In this document: positions 50,382 to 62,865 of the stretch, in pieces
How the letters are laid out: every line of letters begins with the position of its first letter
How positions within the stretch are numbered: position 1 is the first letter of the stretch
Assembly: GCF_004010195.1 (NCBI RefSeq)
Contig: NC_057718.1
Location: 80,727,187 to 80,791,186, forward strand
DNA from: Chiloscyllium plagiosum
Lineage: Eukaryota
Length of the DNA: 64,000 bases
Direction: 5' to 3'
Position numbers and translations under genes: made by a program
Notes under the pieces: model-generated
Database searches by the model: none
What the model was told of the DNA's origin: nothing
Seen by the model: the letters and a program-made list of their open reading frames with translations, nothing else

Positions 50382-52204
50382 GTAAGTTATCAGGGACATA
50401 TTACACCTTGCCTTTTTCTCTCCTTTTAGTGGTATCCTGAAAGGAAATATGTAAGGAAGTATTTTTTGTGATAATGATAATTAAAATCTATTACTTGAAC
50501 ATATCCACAACCATGTGAAACACAAGTAGCCGCTGTGGACGAATCTACACAATGCAGGAATGGGAACCAACATAGCAAATAAATTAAATAAAAGACCCAA
50601 TTTTAGTTTTGCATGCTCAGCAAAATAGAGTAGGATTAGGTTGGATGGACATTTCCAACACTTTCCTACCCACATTACTATGACATAATACGTTAATGAC
50701 TAACATTGTATGATTCATGCCGCAACCAGAGCAAGGAAGTGCAACAACTGTAAATTTTTGTTAAATCTTTCCATTTTTAGATTCTTTCTAAGCTACTTAT
50801 TATTCACAATTATTCCTTTTGTTTCCCTTTTAAATTAAGTTTAATTGTTTAATTAGGGATCACAATCTTTCATGATCATCTCAGACACCAATAGCAAATG
50901 CAACGACTTTCTCGGTCTTACAAGATTATTCTTTATCTTTTTTTTAAATCTCAACTCTCACTCCTCCTTTTTGATCAGTTGAGATACAGTTTCATCTGCA
51001 TTGCATAGCCTTCCAACCAAGTGACCTTTCTTCAGATTGGTATTTGCAGCATTACGGTTATTCAGATCTATGCAAATTTGAGACAGAACTCTGCCATTTC
51101 ATTTCATTTTCCCATTTCATTATACCTCAATATCAGTATGCATTGGCAGAAATGATGTTAAAATTGGCTCCAGTTTTAGTTCCTGCAAAAATATTACAAA
51201 CGTATTTCTAGTATCTCTAGTTAATGTTCTCAATACAACAATATTGTTTCATATTGCAGTGCTATGTAACTGAATGTACTTTTATCAACTTCAGGAATAC
51301 CTCATGTGTTTTGCACTACAGTGTGGATCATTTGGTGTGGATCATTCACACATGCAGGAGATTTTGCATTTGTTTTATTTTCATTTCGATTCAAAACAAT
51401 TTTCAACGGTTTTAATCAATGTCAATTGCACCTCACCATTTATTTAAGCTCCAAAACATTTTCTGAAATTACAAGCTTCTTAATAGTTTGACATGAACTA
51501 GTAGGTTATGTGAAGAGTATATCACAAAGCTACAAACTGTCAATAAAGACTGAAATGATTTTTTGCCTCCAAAATAATAAGTGTTACAAGGAAAAAGTGA
51601 ACATCTTGAAGCTAACACAACCCTACATTTTATGACATAACAATCTGCAAAGAGTCTGCATTACTAGACACAGTGTTGAAATATTTAAAAGCATTTGCCC
51701 ATTGAGCAGTGTTTGATATCTTTTCAAATCTGTCAGGATACCGTCATCTTCACAATGACTATCGTACTTTTAATGCAAATGTACCTCACTGGGTACAATG
51801 TCTGGATTAGGAGCAATAGAAATTTTAATGAGCTGAAGTTTATTGAGGACAGCAATGTATGAATAGGAATTTCAGCCAGGTGATAACACTGGTAGATGAT
51901 GTTACTGAGCTTGAAGTTAGTACTCTTACTATTAGAAAGGATTTAGTTTTGAAAGTTCAGCTTGTGGTCCAATATAACTTTGACTAGTCTAATCCAACTT
52001 GAGACAGGTTGCTGGATTGAGCAATGTAAGTGATGAAAGGGAAAAGTTTTGATGGCAAGGTGATGATCTTGGTTGATCCAATGCTTGTGGAGGAAACTGT
52101 CTCTTGTCCAACACTGATATTGGACAAACAGCCTGACCGTAGAGATAATGGTGATGTAAGGAGAGTTTGTAGAGGGATACAGCTGGCTACTTCTTCCATG
52201 GAAT

Positions 52205-54420
52205 TAAGGCATTGCTGACAAAGCCAGCATTTATTGCCCATCCCTTATTGTCCTTGAGAAGCTGGTAGTGAGCATTCTCCTTAAATCAGTTCAGTCCATG
52301 TGGTGTAGTAAGTATTACACAGGATTGTAAGGGACTGAGTTCTGGGATTTTTACTCAACGACACTGAGAAACAATAAAATAGTTCAAATGTAGTGATTTG
52401 AAAGGCAATTTGCAGGTGGTGCTGTTCCAATGGGTCTGCTTCCTTGGTGCTAGAGGTCATAGGTTTGGAAGGTACTATCAAAGGAACCTTGATAATTTGC
52501 TGAGTCAATCTTTTATCGAGCATACACTGTTGCCAATGTGCAAGGGTGGTGGAGGGAATATTTAGGTTGGTGAATGGGGTGCCACTTAAGCAGACTGTTT
52601 CTTCCCTGCATGGTGTCAAGCTTCATAAATATTTTTGTCATCCGGACAAATGGACACTATTTCATCCCAAATTTGAGCCTTGAAAATTGTGGCTTTTCAA
52701 AATCAGAAGTTGGGTTGCTTACCTCAGAATTTCCAGCCTCTAACCTGCCTTTGTAGACAAATTTATTTATATAGCTGCTCCAGTTCAGCTTCAGATCAAT
52801 GGTAGGCTAAATTAATAGTACGGATTTCAGTGATGGTAATGACAGGTTGGATTACGTCCTGTTAGAAATGGTTATTGCTGTCATTTGTGTTGGCATTATT
52901 GTTACTTGCCACTTATCAGCCCAAGTCTGAACGTTTTCCAGGTCTTATCACAGATTGTCAAGGATGGCCTCAGTATCTGAGGAATGATGAAATGTGCTAG
53001 ACTTTGTGCATTCATTAGACAACATCCCTACTTCAACCTTATAATGGAAGACCTTGAAACTACTTATCTGAGTTCAACATTTTTTGCTATATTTGCAAAG
53101 AGGCTATAAAATGTCAAGAGCCAAGTAGCACTGATGGAACCCAAACTCAGCAATAGAGAGCAGCTTATTGCTATGCAAGTATTGCTTGACTACACTGTTG
53201 GTGACAACATCCATCACTTTGCTAATGATTAAAGGAATACTAATGGAACTGTAATTGACTTAAATTTGTCTTGTTTCTTATGTGCAGAAAATACCTAAGC
53301 AAATTCCATATGTACTACACAAGAACAACTTGGTCAGGACCATGGTTAATTCTGCACCACAAAATTTCTTTCAAGGTGTTGTCAAGGCTCATAGTCTTGG
53401 TAGTTCTTTTTACTATCACATGTAGTGCATAGAAATGGCTGAATATCTGTGGTGTTTGAGAACTCAGGAGGAGGCTAAGGTAGACCATCCACTTGACATT
53501 TCTGGCTGAAAATTGTTACAAATGCTTCAACCTTGTGTGATGAGCTCCCCCCTCATTAAGGATGGAGATATTTTTGAAGCTTTCTCTTCTTGCTAGTTTT
53601 TTTTTAATCGTCCATGACCATTCATAACTAGATATTACGGGACTGCAAAGTTTAGATCTAATCCAAAGCTTGTAGTCATTTAACTCTGGCTATGACACCC
53701 TGCTTTTGTATTTATGTTTAAGTGCTCCTGTGTTGTAGGTCCACAAAGTGGACACCTAATTTTTAGATATGCCTGGTGGTGCACCTTGCAGGTTTGCCTG
53801 CACTCTTCATTGAACCACTGTTGATCCTTTGGCTTGATGATAATGGGGGTTATGCTGGACCATTAGGTTACAGATTGTGGATATGTCCCATTACACCTCA
53901 TGGAAACACAGTTTTGAGTTGCTGGATCTATTTAGCATAATGGTAGCTGGGACTTCATCTTCACAAGGACAATGTGGTGGTCATTCCTACCTATATTGCT
54001 ATGGATTGATAGACCTGATGCAAGCCGAGACCGGCAAAAATGTTGTTCAGGATTTCATCAGCTTGGTCAGTGGTGATGCTACCAAGCCATTCTTTGCTAG
54101 TATACATAAAAGCTCATAGTAGATAGCCCTGACTTCCTTCACATGACCTTCAAAGTGGAGGAGGACTGCATCACTAGTTGAGGGAGAGCAGTAAATGGCA
54201 AGCCAAATTTGGCTTGATGCCATGATATTTCATGTCATCGAGAATCAGTGTTAGGTTTCCTACATCAACTTCTTTCTAACTGTGTACTACTGTACCACTA
54301 CCTCTGAAGGGTCTATCTTGCCGGTCCAAAAGGATAATAACCAGGGGTGGTAATGGTGGTATCTGGGACACTGGCTGTAAGGTATGAGTTAGTGAGTATG
54401 TCAAGCTTTTGCATAACTAA
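52205..54420 (-). mobile_element. Old CR1-clade LINE (distinct family)
   Basis: 3' end gccagcatttattgcccatccc. Partly reverse complementary to 55260-56075. Confidence 0.65.
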
Positions 54421-55177
54421 TCAATGTCAATGGTTTATGTCTCAATGAGGCAGATTATGGATGAAGAAGATGAGAGGATTAAGGAAACATTTTAGGAGAC
54501 TCCAGAGGTAAGAGGGCAGGGACAAGAATAAAACTCTGTGCAGGAGATATTCTGGCTGTGATCAGGGAGATAAGAGTTATAAGAAATGGAGGTAGTCCCA
54601 ATTTCATGTTGGCCAATGAGATAGGCTAAAGGAGTGCCTCACAGGAGAGATGAAGTAGTGAGGTGAAGAGGCAAATGGAGAGCAGATTCCAGAACTGATG
54701 GGTCCAGGTATCTGAAGCAGTTTCCAAAAATGAAGCAATGAAGATCAGGGATGGACATGAGATCAAAATAGAAGAATGCTGAGATTTTGGAAAATGGAGA
54801 AAATTACAAAAAGTAACCGCAATGTATCAGGGATGAAGTTCAAATCATAGGCCCTTGCCTCTGGCCCATAGTTCATTACTTGAGCACAGTCGTCCCACCT
54901 ATGACCTGAAAACAACAGACTCCCTAGAATCCTAGTTATTGGTTGCTCATGTAGGCCCCTGTCCTGAGACCCATGATTGGAGGTTTTAAAACTAGGATAA
55001 GAAATTTAAAATCATTGGGTAGGATCTTATAGGGGTCTGAGCAATGTGGACCATGATGAGATGTGTGGCAGAATTGAGCATTAAGTGCAGCAAGGCCTCT
55101 CTCAATGTTGAGATCACCTCACTCCTATTGTATGCTCTTCAGAAGAGACACGGCAAGGTTTTCACTAGGCAGCAGAA

Positions 55178-55280
55178 AGATGCCAATTTGCAATCATTGT
55201 TGCTTGTTAAACAGCTTTGTAGCTACCAGAACTCATCGCATTAATATTCAGTCTTCCATTTTACCAAATATTTTCAGCTA
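55178..55280 (+). repeat. 103-bp perfect direct duplication, copy 1
   Basis: Identical by eye to 57082-57184. Confidence 0.9.
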
Positions 55281-56080
55281 CTTCATCAATGATCTTCCTT
55301 CCATCATAAGGTCAAAAATGGAGCTGAAAACTAATAATTGCAAATGTTTAACACTGCAGTAAGACCTGTCAATATCTAGGCTTGGGTTGAAATATGGCAA
55401 ATAACATTTGCACCACACAGATAACAGGCAATGACCATCTCCAACAAAACAAACTAACCATTGCCCCTTGAATTTCCTATGATCAACATTTTAGGAGTTA
55501 CCATTGACCAGAAACTGAACTGCACTAGCCATATAAATATAGTGGTTATGAGAACAGGTCAAAGGCTCAGAATCCTGCAGTGAGTAATTCACATTCTGAC
55601 TCCCTAAAGATTGTCCACCATCAACAAGGCACAAGTCGGGAGTGTGATAGAATACCCTTCACTTGCCTAGATGAATGTAGTTCCACTAACACACATGAAA
55701 CTTGACACCATCCAGGATAAGGCAGCCTGCTTGATTGGCAAGAGAACCACAAACATCCACCCCCCTCCACCACTGACACTCTGTTGCAGAAGTGTGTACA
55801 ATTTACAAGATTGACGGCAAAAACTTATCAAGGTTCCTTCGACAGCAGCTCCCAAATCCACAGGCATTTTCATGTGGAAGGACAAGAGCAGCAGATACAT
55901 GTAAATGCCAACACCTTGAAAATATATTGCCATTCCATCAGCATTACTGGGCCAAAAACCTGGAAATCTCTCCATAATTGCATTGTGTGTCTACCTACAA
56001 CACATCAGCTGCAGTGATTCACGAAGGCAGCTCAGCAATGCCATGTAAAGGGTAAATAAGGGTGGGAAATAAATGTCCTT
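55250..56080 (+). mobile_element. Old CR1-clade LINE 3' portion
   Basis: IFSYFINDLPSIIRS, KLDTIQDKAACLIG and GPKTWKSL motifs. Confidence 0.75.
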
Positions 56081-56523
56081 CAATGCTGAACCTCTGGCTG
56101 CACTGTCAACAATCATTAAATTGCTGCAAAAAGTACACTATGCATTCAGGAGCACGCACCCCTCTCATAGACTGGATCAGGCTGCATTTCTGGGGTGTTC
56201 ACTTATTGTCATAGCACTAGGTCATTTTTGTCTTCCTTTTATATTCACTGAATCTGAACCTTTCACTGCCTTACCTTTTTCTCCTTTACTCCCTCAGTCA
56301 TAGATATCAGACCTGTATTGCTGCTGTCTTACAATGCCACTTAGCACAGACACGAAGTCAGGAAACTTGTTATAGTTGTCAGCAGGCCTCAGTCAAGTCA
56401 AAGGCAAGAGCTTTCACTTGGATTCCCAGCACAGCATGGCAAAACCAGCCTTCAGTTCTAGTTCAGGCCCTACTTGGGGTACTCGGAGTCAGGATCGTTC
56501 TCAAAAGGGTTGAGGAGCTGAAT

Positions 56524-56803
56524 GATTAGATTACTTACAGTGTGGAAACAGGCCCTTCAGCCCAACAGGTCCACACTGACACTCTGATGAGCAAACCACC
56601 TTCACCTAACCCTACGGGCAATTTAACATGCCCAACTCACCTAACCTGCACATTTTTGGACTGTGGGAGGAGACTGGAGCACCCGGAGGAAACCCATGCA
56701 GACACGGGGAGAATGTGCAAACTCCACACGGACAGTTGCCTGAGGCTGGAAGTGAATCTGGGTCTCTGGCGCTATGAGGTAGCAGTGCTAACCACTGTGC
56801 CAC
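56524..56803 (-). mobile_element. HE1/V-SINE
   Basis: Reverse strand gtggcacagtggttagcactgc..., V-domain and (tctaa) tail. Confidence 0.9.
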
Positions 56804-57081
56804 ATAATAATGGGCAGCACACCACCATTTTGGCTCTTATTTTGGTCTATTTTCTTCATATGATATAAGACAGACAAGTATTATGGAAGTCAAAAGTAAT
56901 TTATTACTGTTGTCACAAATGGGAAGGCGTCTTCAGCAAATGAGTAGGCAGCACAGAGGTTATACAGGGGAGTAGTGTTGGGGGCGGGGGGGCTGAAGAC
57001 AAATGGAGAAGATGTTGTGGGCAATGGTGAAAGTGGTGGGAGAACATTGGTGGGAGATACAGTGAGTGTGAGGTATCAGAC

Positions 57082-57184
57082 AGATGCCAATTTGCAATCA
57101 TTGTTGCTTGTTAAACAGCTTTGTAGCTACCAGAACTCATCGCATTAATATTCAGTCTTCCATTTTACCAAATATTTTCAGCTA
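57082..57184 (+). repeat. 103-bp perfect direct duplication, copy 2
   Basis: Identical by eye to 55178-55280. Confidence 0.9.
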
Positions 57185-57199
57185 TGGTGAAAATGGTGT

Positions 57200-57440
57200 C
57201 AAGTTTCATGTATGTTAGTGGAGATGTGGAGAATGGTATTGACCTTCCTTCTGCAGTGTTGAGCATTCCTCCAGACAACTGAGAATGCTATAATACAGGG
57301 CCAAGCTGGCATGGTCTGATATGAAGTACTGCATTCTACTGCTGGTCCTGGAGGAAGAGGACCCTCCTCCCCACTCATTCAGTAGGACCTTCAGGTCCTG
57401 GCCCGCAAAAGAGGGCACAAATTTCCCCTGTGCGCCATGC
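57200..57440 (-). mobile_element. PIF/Harbinger remnant (Myb/SANT-like exon)
   Basis: Minus strand KFVPSFAGQDLKVLLNE..RRVLF..WRNAQHCRRKVN, with frameshifts. Confidence 0.55.
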
Positions 57441-57564
57441 CCAAGGCAAACATCCGGAACCATGCAAGGCAGCTCTTAATTGACAGTATTTGTCCAGTGT
57501 TCAACAGCCTTTAGAGAATGCATAGGTACAAGGGAAACTGGTGAATTCCAGGATATCCGATGAC

Positions 57565-58815
57565 TGTCAAGTGAAATAGCTCCACAGAAGCTGGTATCCA
57601 TCATCAAGATCCTTTATTTACACAGGTACAGCCCTTGTCTTTAGTACTGCCTCTTTCAGAGTCAACTACCAGAGTGTCAGCATTTCTGACACTTCCCTTT
57701 TTATATGTCAGTCAGGGCTCCCTTATTGGACCAGATTAACGGCCTCAATCAGGAAACCCATATTCTATGAAGTCCAACTGACTGACCTCATTACAATCAT
57801 TACATGTCTCCCCTTCTGAGTCCTAGGATATAGGCTTGTCATTTTTCTTCGAGAGGTTCCTGAGGCGTTTTACTACTGGGTCAGGTTCCCCCGACTCAGT
57901 TTCCATTCTGGGCAGCGTGCAATGCACAGAAGCTCACCTCTTGTACTAGGAATGCCTCACTACAATTTCAATCTCATCTTCCAGGAGCAAAAGTGTTGAG
58001 GTGGCCACCTCCATCATGTCCATCTCTGATTCTGCAGATTAGTCAACACTTAGACCATAGACCATAATACATAGGAGTAGAAATTAGGCCATTCAGCCCA
58101 TTGAGTCCGTTCCGCCATTTCTCCTTATCTCCATTCTGAAGGGTCTTCCCTTTACTCTAAGGCTGTGCCCTAGTGTCCTCATCTCTCCTGCCTATGGAAA
58201 TATCTTCCCAAGACTTGGCAGAGTGTATGAACCCATGGGTTCCAGCAGCCTTTTTGTTTGCTCCAAGGAAAGGGCACATTTTGCTTCTATACGGTTTGCA
58301 ACTTCGCAGCTTTCATGTGGTCCATGCGCTTGTTCAGAATCGTCACACCTAGCCGGACTTAACACATCACTATTCCTGACCTCGCATCAACCATGCATTG
58401 TACATATGTGGGGTCATTTCCATGATTTGTACTCAAAACTTTGTCCCTGTATCAAAGTGTCTGTGACATTTGTGTCCAGCCATGTGTTCCTAATGCCATT
58501 TCACCTCCTCTCTACTCCCCGCCAAGGTCCAGAAAGACTAGACTCAGTCTGGTGCAGAGTCTTCGACACATTGGCAACTCTACTGGTGCTATCCCTGTAG
58601 TTGCATATAGGGTGGTCCTACAATCAAGTAGAAACCATGACAGCTCAGTATCTTGCAAGGTTGAAGGCTGTTTCGTCAAAATTTTGACTGCAGTTTCTGC
58701 CAAGCCGTTGGATGATGGGTGGTGTGGAGCTATCCTTATATGTCAAATCCCATTTGATTTTAAGAAATAAGGAAAGTCCCTGCAGGTAAATGATGGCTAT
58801 TATCTGCAACCAACA
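57565..58815 (-). mobile_element. Gypsy LTR retrotransposon 3' part: integrase fragment, PPT and 3' LTR (~57565-57804)
   Basis: Minus strand FLKSNGI*HIRIAPHHPSSNGLAETAV..RTTLYATTGIAPVEL. Purine tract agaaggggagaca directly before TGTAATG. Contains a short CR1 tail insertion at ~58050-58215. Confidence 0.8.
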
Positions 58816-59076
58816 ATTTACAATTATTTTCTCAATATCTTGTCATCATATCCTTTATAATAGATTCTTTATAATAGATTTCCAAAATGGAAGCGTTTAT
58901 CAGGAAATCCTATACATATGATTTTCCAATCATTGGCAGTAATTATTATCTGAGTAGAGCAGATTTTCTTATTATGATCTCCTGTATTTTGGAAAAGTGT
59001 TCCAATGGGAGAATACTGGTTTTAGGTGGTGTTTAATTTAGTAGGTTTAAAAACATAGAGAAATAGGAAAAGAGTC

Positions 59077-59657
59077 TGTTGTGAAGATGCTGCTCCTTTA
59101 ACAAGGTTATTCTGTCCTTGGCTTTTATTCCGAGATGGGTCATAAAGGCAGAGGTGCTGAAATGTCTGAACTGGCTACTTTAATAGTGCCTAATAGATGC
59201 TGTCTAAGTCAACAATCAGAAAAGGCTTTCATTTATTTAAAGCACTTGTACAATTAAAGGGGAGTGACCAGTTCTCCCAGTTCACGTTGATTTCTAGTTT
59301 TGGGTTAGTTTTAGCTGGGGACCCAAAGAAACAGCTCTATGCTGATCCTCTCTCTCTTTGACGTCTCTCTCCTATAAGAGCTTGTATTTGAATTTACCTT
59401 TTTGCCAAGGGGTGTGTTTATAGGTTGTTGCAGGAAATCAGAACAGCTCTTTGTTAATTGTGCTTTCATGTCAGTTGGGTTTTCAAATAGTTATATTATT
59501 CTAAATTTGGAATTATTTTGTTTGTGTGTTAAGTAGTTCTGTTTTGTTTAAAACCAAATGGAATTGCTCCTGGATTTGCATTTACTTAAAACAGCTAGAA
59601 AACTTAGATTCTGGGCTACCTTCTTAAAATGTTTTGAGGGAGTCTGGGACCACAACA
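59077..59657. mobile_element. Solo LTR inserted in an old CR1 3' end
   Basis: Perfect terminal inverted repeat TGTTGTG...CACAACA, 581 bp, no ORF. No clear TSD. Confidence 0.6.
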
Positions 59658-60974
59658 CTGTCAAGCCATATCTAACCATTTTTACAATCATGACTAATGA
59701 AACACATCAAATTCTTTTCATCCACACTATGCCCATGACCCTTCATCCCATTGGCAATCAGAAATATATCAACCTCTACTTTCAATATGCAAGAAGACTG
59801 ACTTCCATAGCCCTCTAGGGCAGAGAATTCCAAAGTTTCGCTACCCTCTAAATAAAACAATTTTTCTTTACCTCAATCCTAAATGGTATCTCTCATTTTT
59901 AAATTGTGCCCTTCCCCAACTAGAGGAATCAGCTTACTTGCATCAGAATACTGAATAAATGAGTATGTGATTTAAATATAAGTTATTACATTTTTTATAA
60001 AAGTAGAAAGGAAATTATTTTGTTTCAGTTTACCAAAATATATGTGCTGTTGCTAATTACATTTACATGGATTGCACATTTCTAAAAATATCTATCAGGC
60101 ACCAATATTATGTTAATTTACTGTGATGTAAAGCTAATTTTATCTATCCAGCTCAGATAATGTCAAATGCAATTAGACATTACAAAAAGCCCAAAGATAT
60201 TTTGGTTATTACGGTTCTAGGTAGACATCTTAAATCTAGGCTCTGAGGAGAGAAAGGATGATCTGGCTCCTTTCTTTATTCACCCACTGCCTTGGTTGGT
60301 CACAACAAAGCTAACTTTAAAAGGATCCTTTCCCTGTGGATACCTTTCTCCCAGACCAAATTAATTTGTTTTAAAAGGAGCCAGGCCTAGTTGAGTTAAC
60401 AAGAGTGAGTTTATTCATTACTAAATGCAAAAAGAAAGAATAATGCAATGCACACAACACAGGATTGGAATAAGAAGTGAATCCAAAGAAAATATAACAG
60501 TTAACAGATATATGGATCAGTCTCTCTGGGTGATTCATGAAGAATTTTTGGCTTTGCGATTTCTTCCCACCTGTTTCATTCTGATTGGCATGCTGGTAAT
60601 TTTCTTTCAGTACAGACAGCAAGGACGTCTTTTTACCTGCAATATAGGTATCTTTGACTGTGGTCTTTAAAGCACCTTAGTGCTTCAACTTGTATACATA
60701 AACCTCAACTCACAAGCTCACCTTCCACCAACATGCCTTGTCTCATTTTCACACCTGGTTCAGAATTGCAATCACTTTTAATCTCATACTTTTGTATATT
60801 CCTGGAAGGCCAACAGACAGAAAATGTCAAAAGGAGATAGCTTTCTGCTGATAGAGGGATGACAGTCAGCCCCTTCATTATCTCTTCCTGTTATGTCTTT
60901 CTCTCTGTTCTCTGACACTTTGCAACTGTAACATTCCTGGTGTCCCACACAAGAATTTACCACATATAACATAT

Positions 60975-61291
60975 GGGGCGGCACAGTGGCTCAGTGGTTA
61001 GCACTGTTGCCTCACAGCGCCAGGGACTCGGGTTCGATTCCCATCTTGGGTGACTGTCTGTGTGGAGTTTGCACATTCTCCCTGTGTCTGCATGAGGTTT
61101 CCTCTGGGTGCTCCAGTTTCCTCCCACAATCCAAAAGATGTGCATGTCAGGTGAATTGGCCATGCTAAATTGCCATGTCAGAGGTAAATATTGGGTAGGG
61201 GAATGGATCTGGGTGGATTACTCTTCGGAGGGTTGGTGTGGACTTGTTGAGCTGAAGGGCCTGTTTCCACACTGTAGGGAATCTAATCTAA
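60975..61291 (+). mobile_element. Full-length HE1/V-SINE
   Basis: A box TGGCTCAGTGG 60987-60997, B box GGTTCGATTCC 61031-61041, V-domain and (atcta)n tail. Confidence 0.92.
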
Positions 61292-61963
61292 ACAACACTG
61301 AATTTACAATTGCAGTCTTTTTATTCTGTAATAGGTCTCTTTTAGGAACACATTTTGTAAATAAAAGTTAAAAATAACCATAGTACTTTTGATCTGTAGT
61401 GATGAGACTAATTTACTGAGTTATAAAACATAGAGTCATCAAAGTCCCAGAAGACCATAGGACCATTAGAGAGAGATGACTGGTGATAAATTTAGATAAA
61501 TTTAACCTAAGGGTCATCATGCTTCAGGCACAGTGCAATGTTAAGAAGATGGGACCTTCATGGTGATCTCAGCCAGTGTAGGTTGAGGTATGAAGCTAAT
61601 TTTGTATGTTCAATTGAATGCTTAACATTAAAAGACATGACACTAGCCATCTAAGCACTGACTTGAAGGACAAAACCGAAGTAGAGAGGTGGAGAGGATG
61701 AGGAAGGCAATTCCAAAACGTATAGCCTAAGCACCTGAAAGCACAACCACCAATGACAAAGTGGTTTAAAACCAGGTGCTCAAGAGGCCAGAATTAGAGG
61801 GCCAAGGACATTACAAAGATAAGGAAAGATCAGGTATGAAAGAGTTTGAAAATGAGAATTTTAAAAATAAAAATGTTATTTAACTGGGAGTAAACTAGGT
61901 TAGAGAGCACCGAGATGAGGGTTTGGTGAGAGTTAGGAGAGTAGAATGACTTCAAATTTGGAG

Positions 61964-62865
61964 TTAAAAATCACACAACACCAGGTTATAGTCCAACGGG
62001 TTTAATTGGAAGCACACTGGCTTTCGGGGGGTCGCTCCTTCATCAGGTGGTAGTGGAGGGCTCAATCCTAACACAGAATTTATAGCAAAAATTTACATTG
62101 TGATGTAACTGAAAATATACATTGAAAAATTGATTGTCTGTTGAGTCTGTTTGAATACCATGATAGTTTCACTTCTTTCATATGTAAATCACAAAACCCT
62201 TTTTTTGAAAGTTGCATTCTCAGGTTAGCTGTTAACAATGGGTGATGGCTAGACAATATGTTGAAGCTGTTAGCCCCTTGTGTTCTCTGTCTATGCCATG
62301 ATGTTTGGATTGATTCTAATCTAAAAAGTGAGATAACGGAGTTTTACATGAATTCATGCAGTTTTTGAGCAAAGTACAATGTAACTCTGCAAGTACAAAT
62401 TCACCCCACAAAATATATGTGTGCATGTGGGTCTTTGTCTGTCTGTGTGTGTGTCTGTCTGGGTTGGGGGTTGTGAGTGTGAAAACGTGTATGTGTGTGT
62501 GTAGTGAGTGTCGAGTGTCTTAAGTCTGTGAGGGGGTGCATGTGTGAGTGTGGGAGTGTGTGTATGTAAGGGTGTGTGTGGGTATCTGTGTGCGCGTCTG
62601 TGTATATGTGCGCACGTGTGTATGTGTGTATAGGAGTGTGTGTGTGTGTGTGTAGGAGTGTCTCTGTGTGTGTATAGTGCAATGCTAGTCACCTGTAATG
62701 TGACATGAACCTAAGGTCCAGGTTGAGGCCCTCCCTATGGATACCGAACTTAGCTATCAGCCTCTTTTCGTTGCTGCCTTTCCCGAAGTCCGCCTTAGAG
62801 GATGGTCATTTGAAGGTCCCAGGTCGAATGTCCTGGACCACTGAAGTGTTCCCCAACTGTGAGGG
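61964..62865 (-). mobile_element. Penelope-like element of a different family: GIY-YIG C-terminus, (CA)n-rich UTR, pLTR with mutated hammerhead (62015-62049)
   Basis: TSD ATTTGGAG at 61956-61963 and 62866-62873. Minus strand VGEHFSGPGHSTWDLQMTIL*GG..LIAKFGIHREGLNLDLRFMSHYR*. Motif CAC-CUGAUGA-A-GGAGCGACCCCCC-GAAA-GCCA-GUG. Confidence 0.85.
62417..62675. repeat. Imperfect (TG)n simple repeat inside the Penelope UTR
   Basis: Direct dinucleotide-rich tract. Confidence 0.9.

Noticed and set aside
60975..61045. tRNA gene
   Set aside because: The A/B boxes belong to a SINE head followed by a V-domain and LINE-like tail; no complete cloverleaf is evident.
62354..62692. His/Thr-rich ORFs
   Set aside because: Translation of a (CA)n simple repeat.
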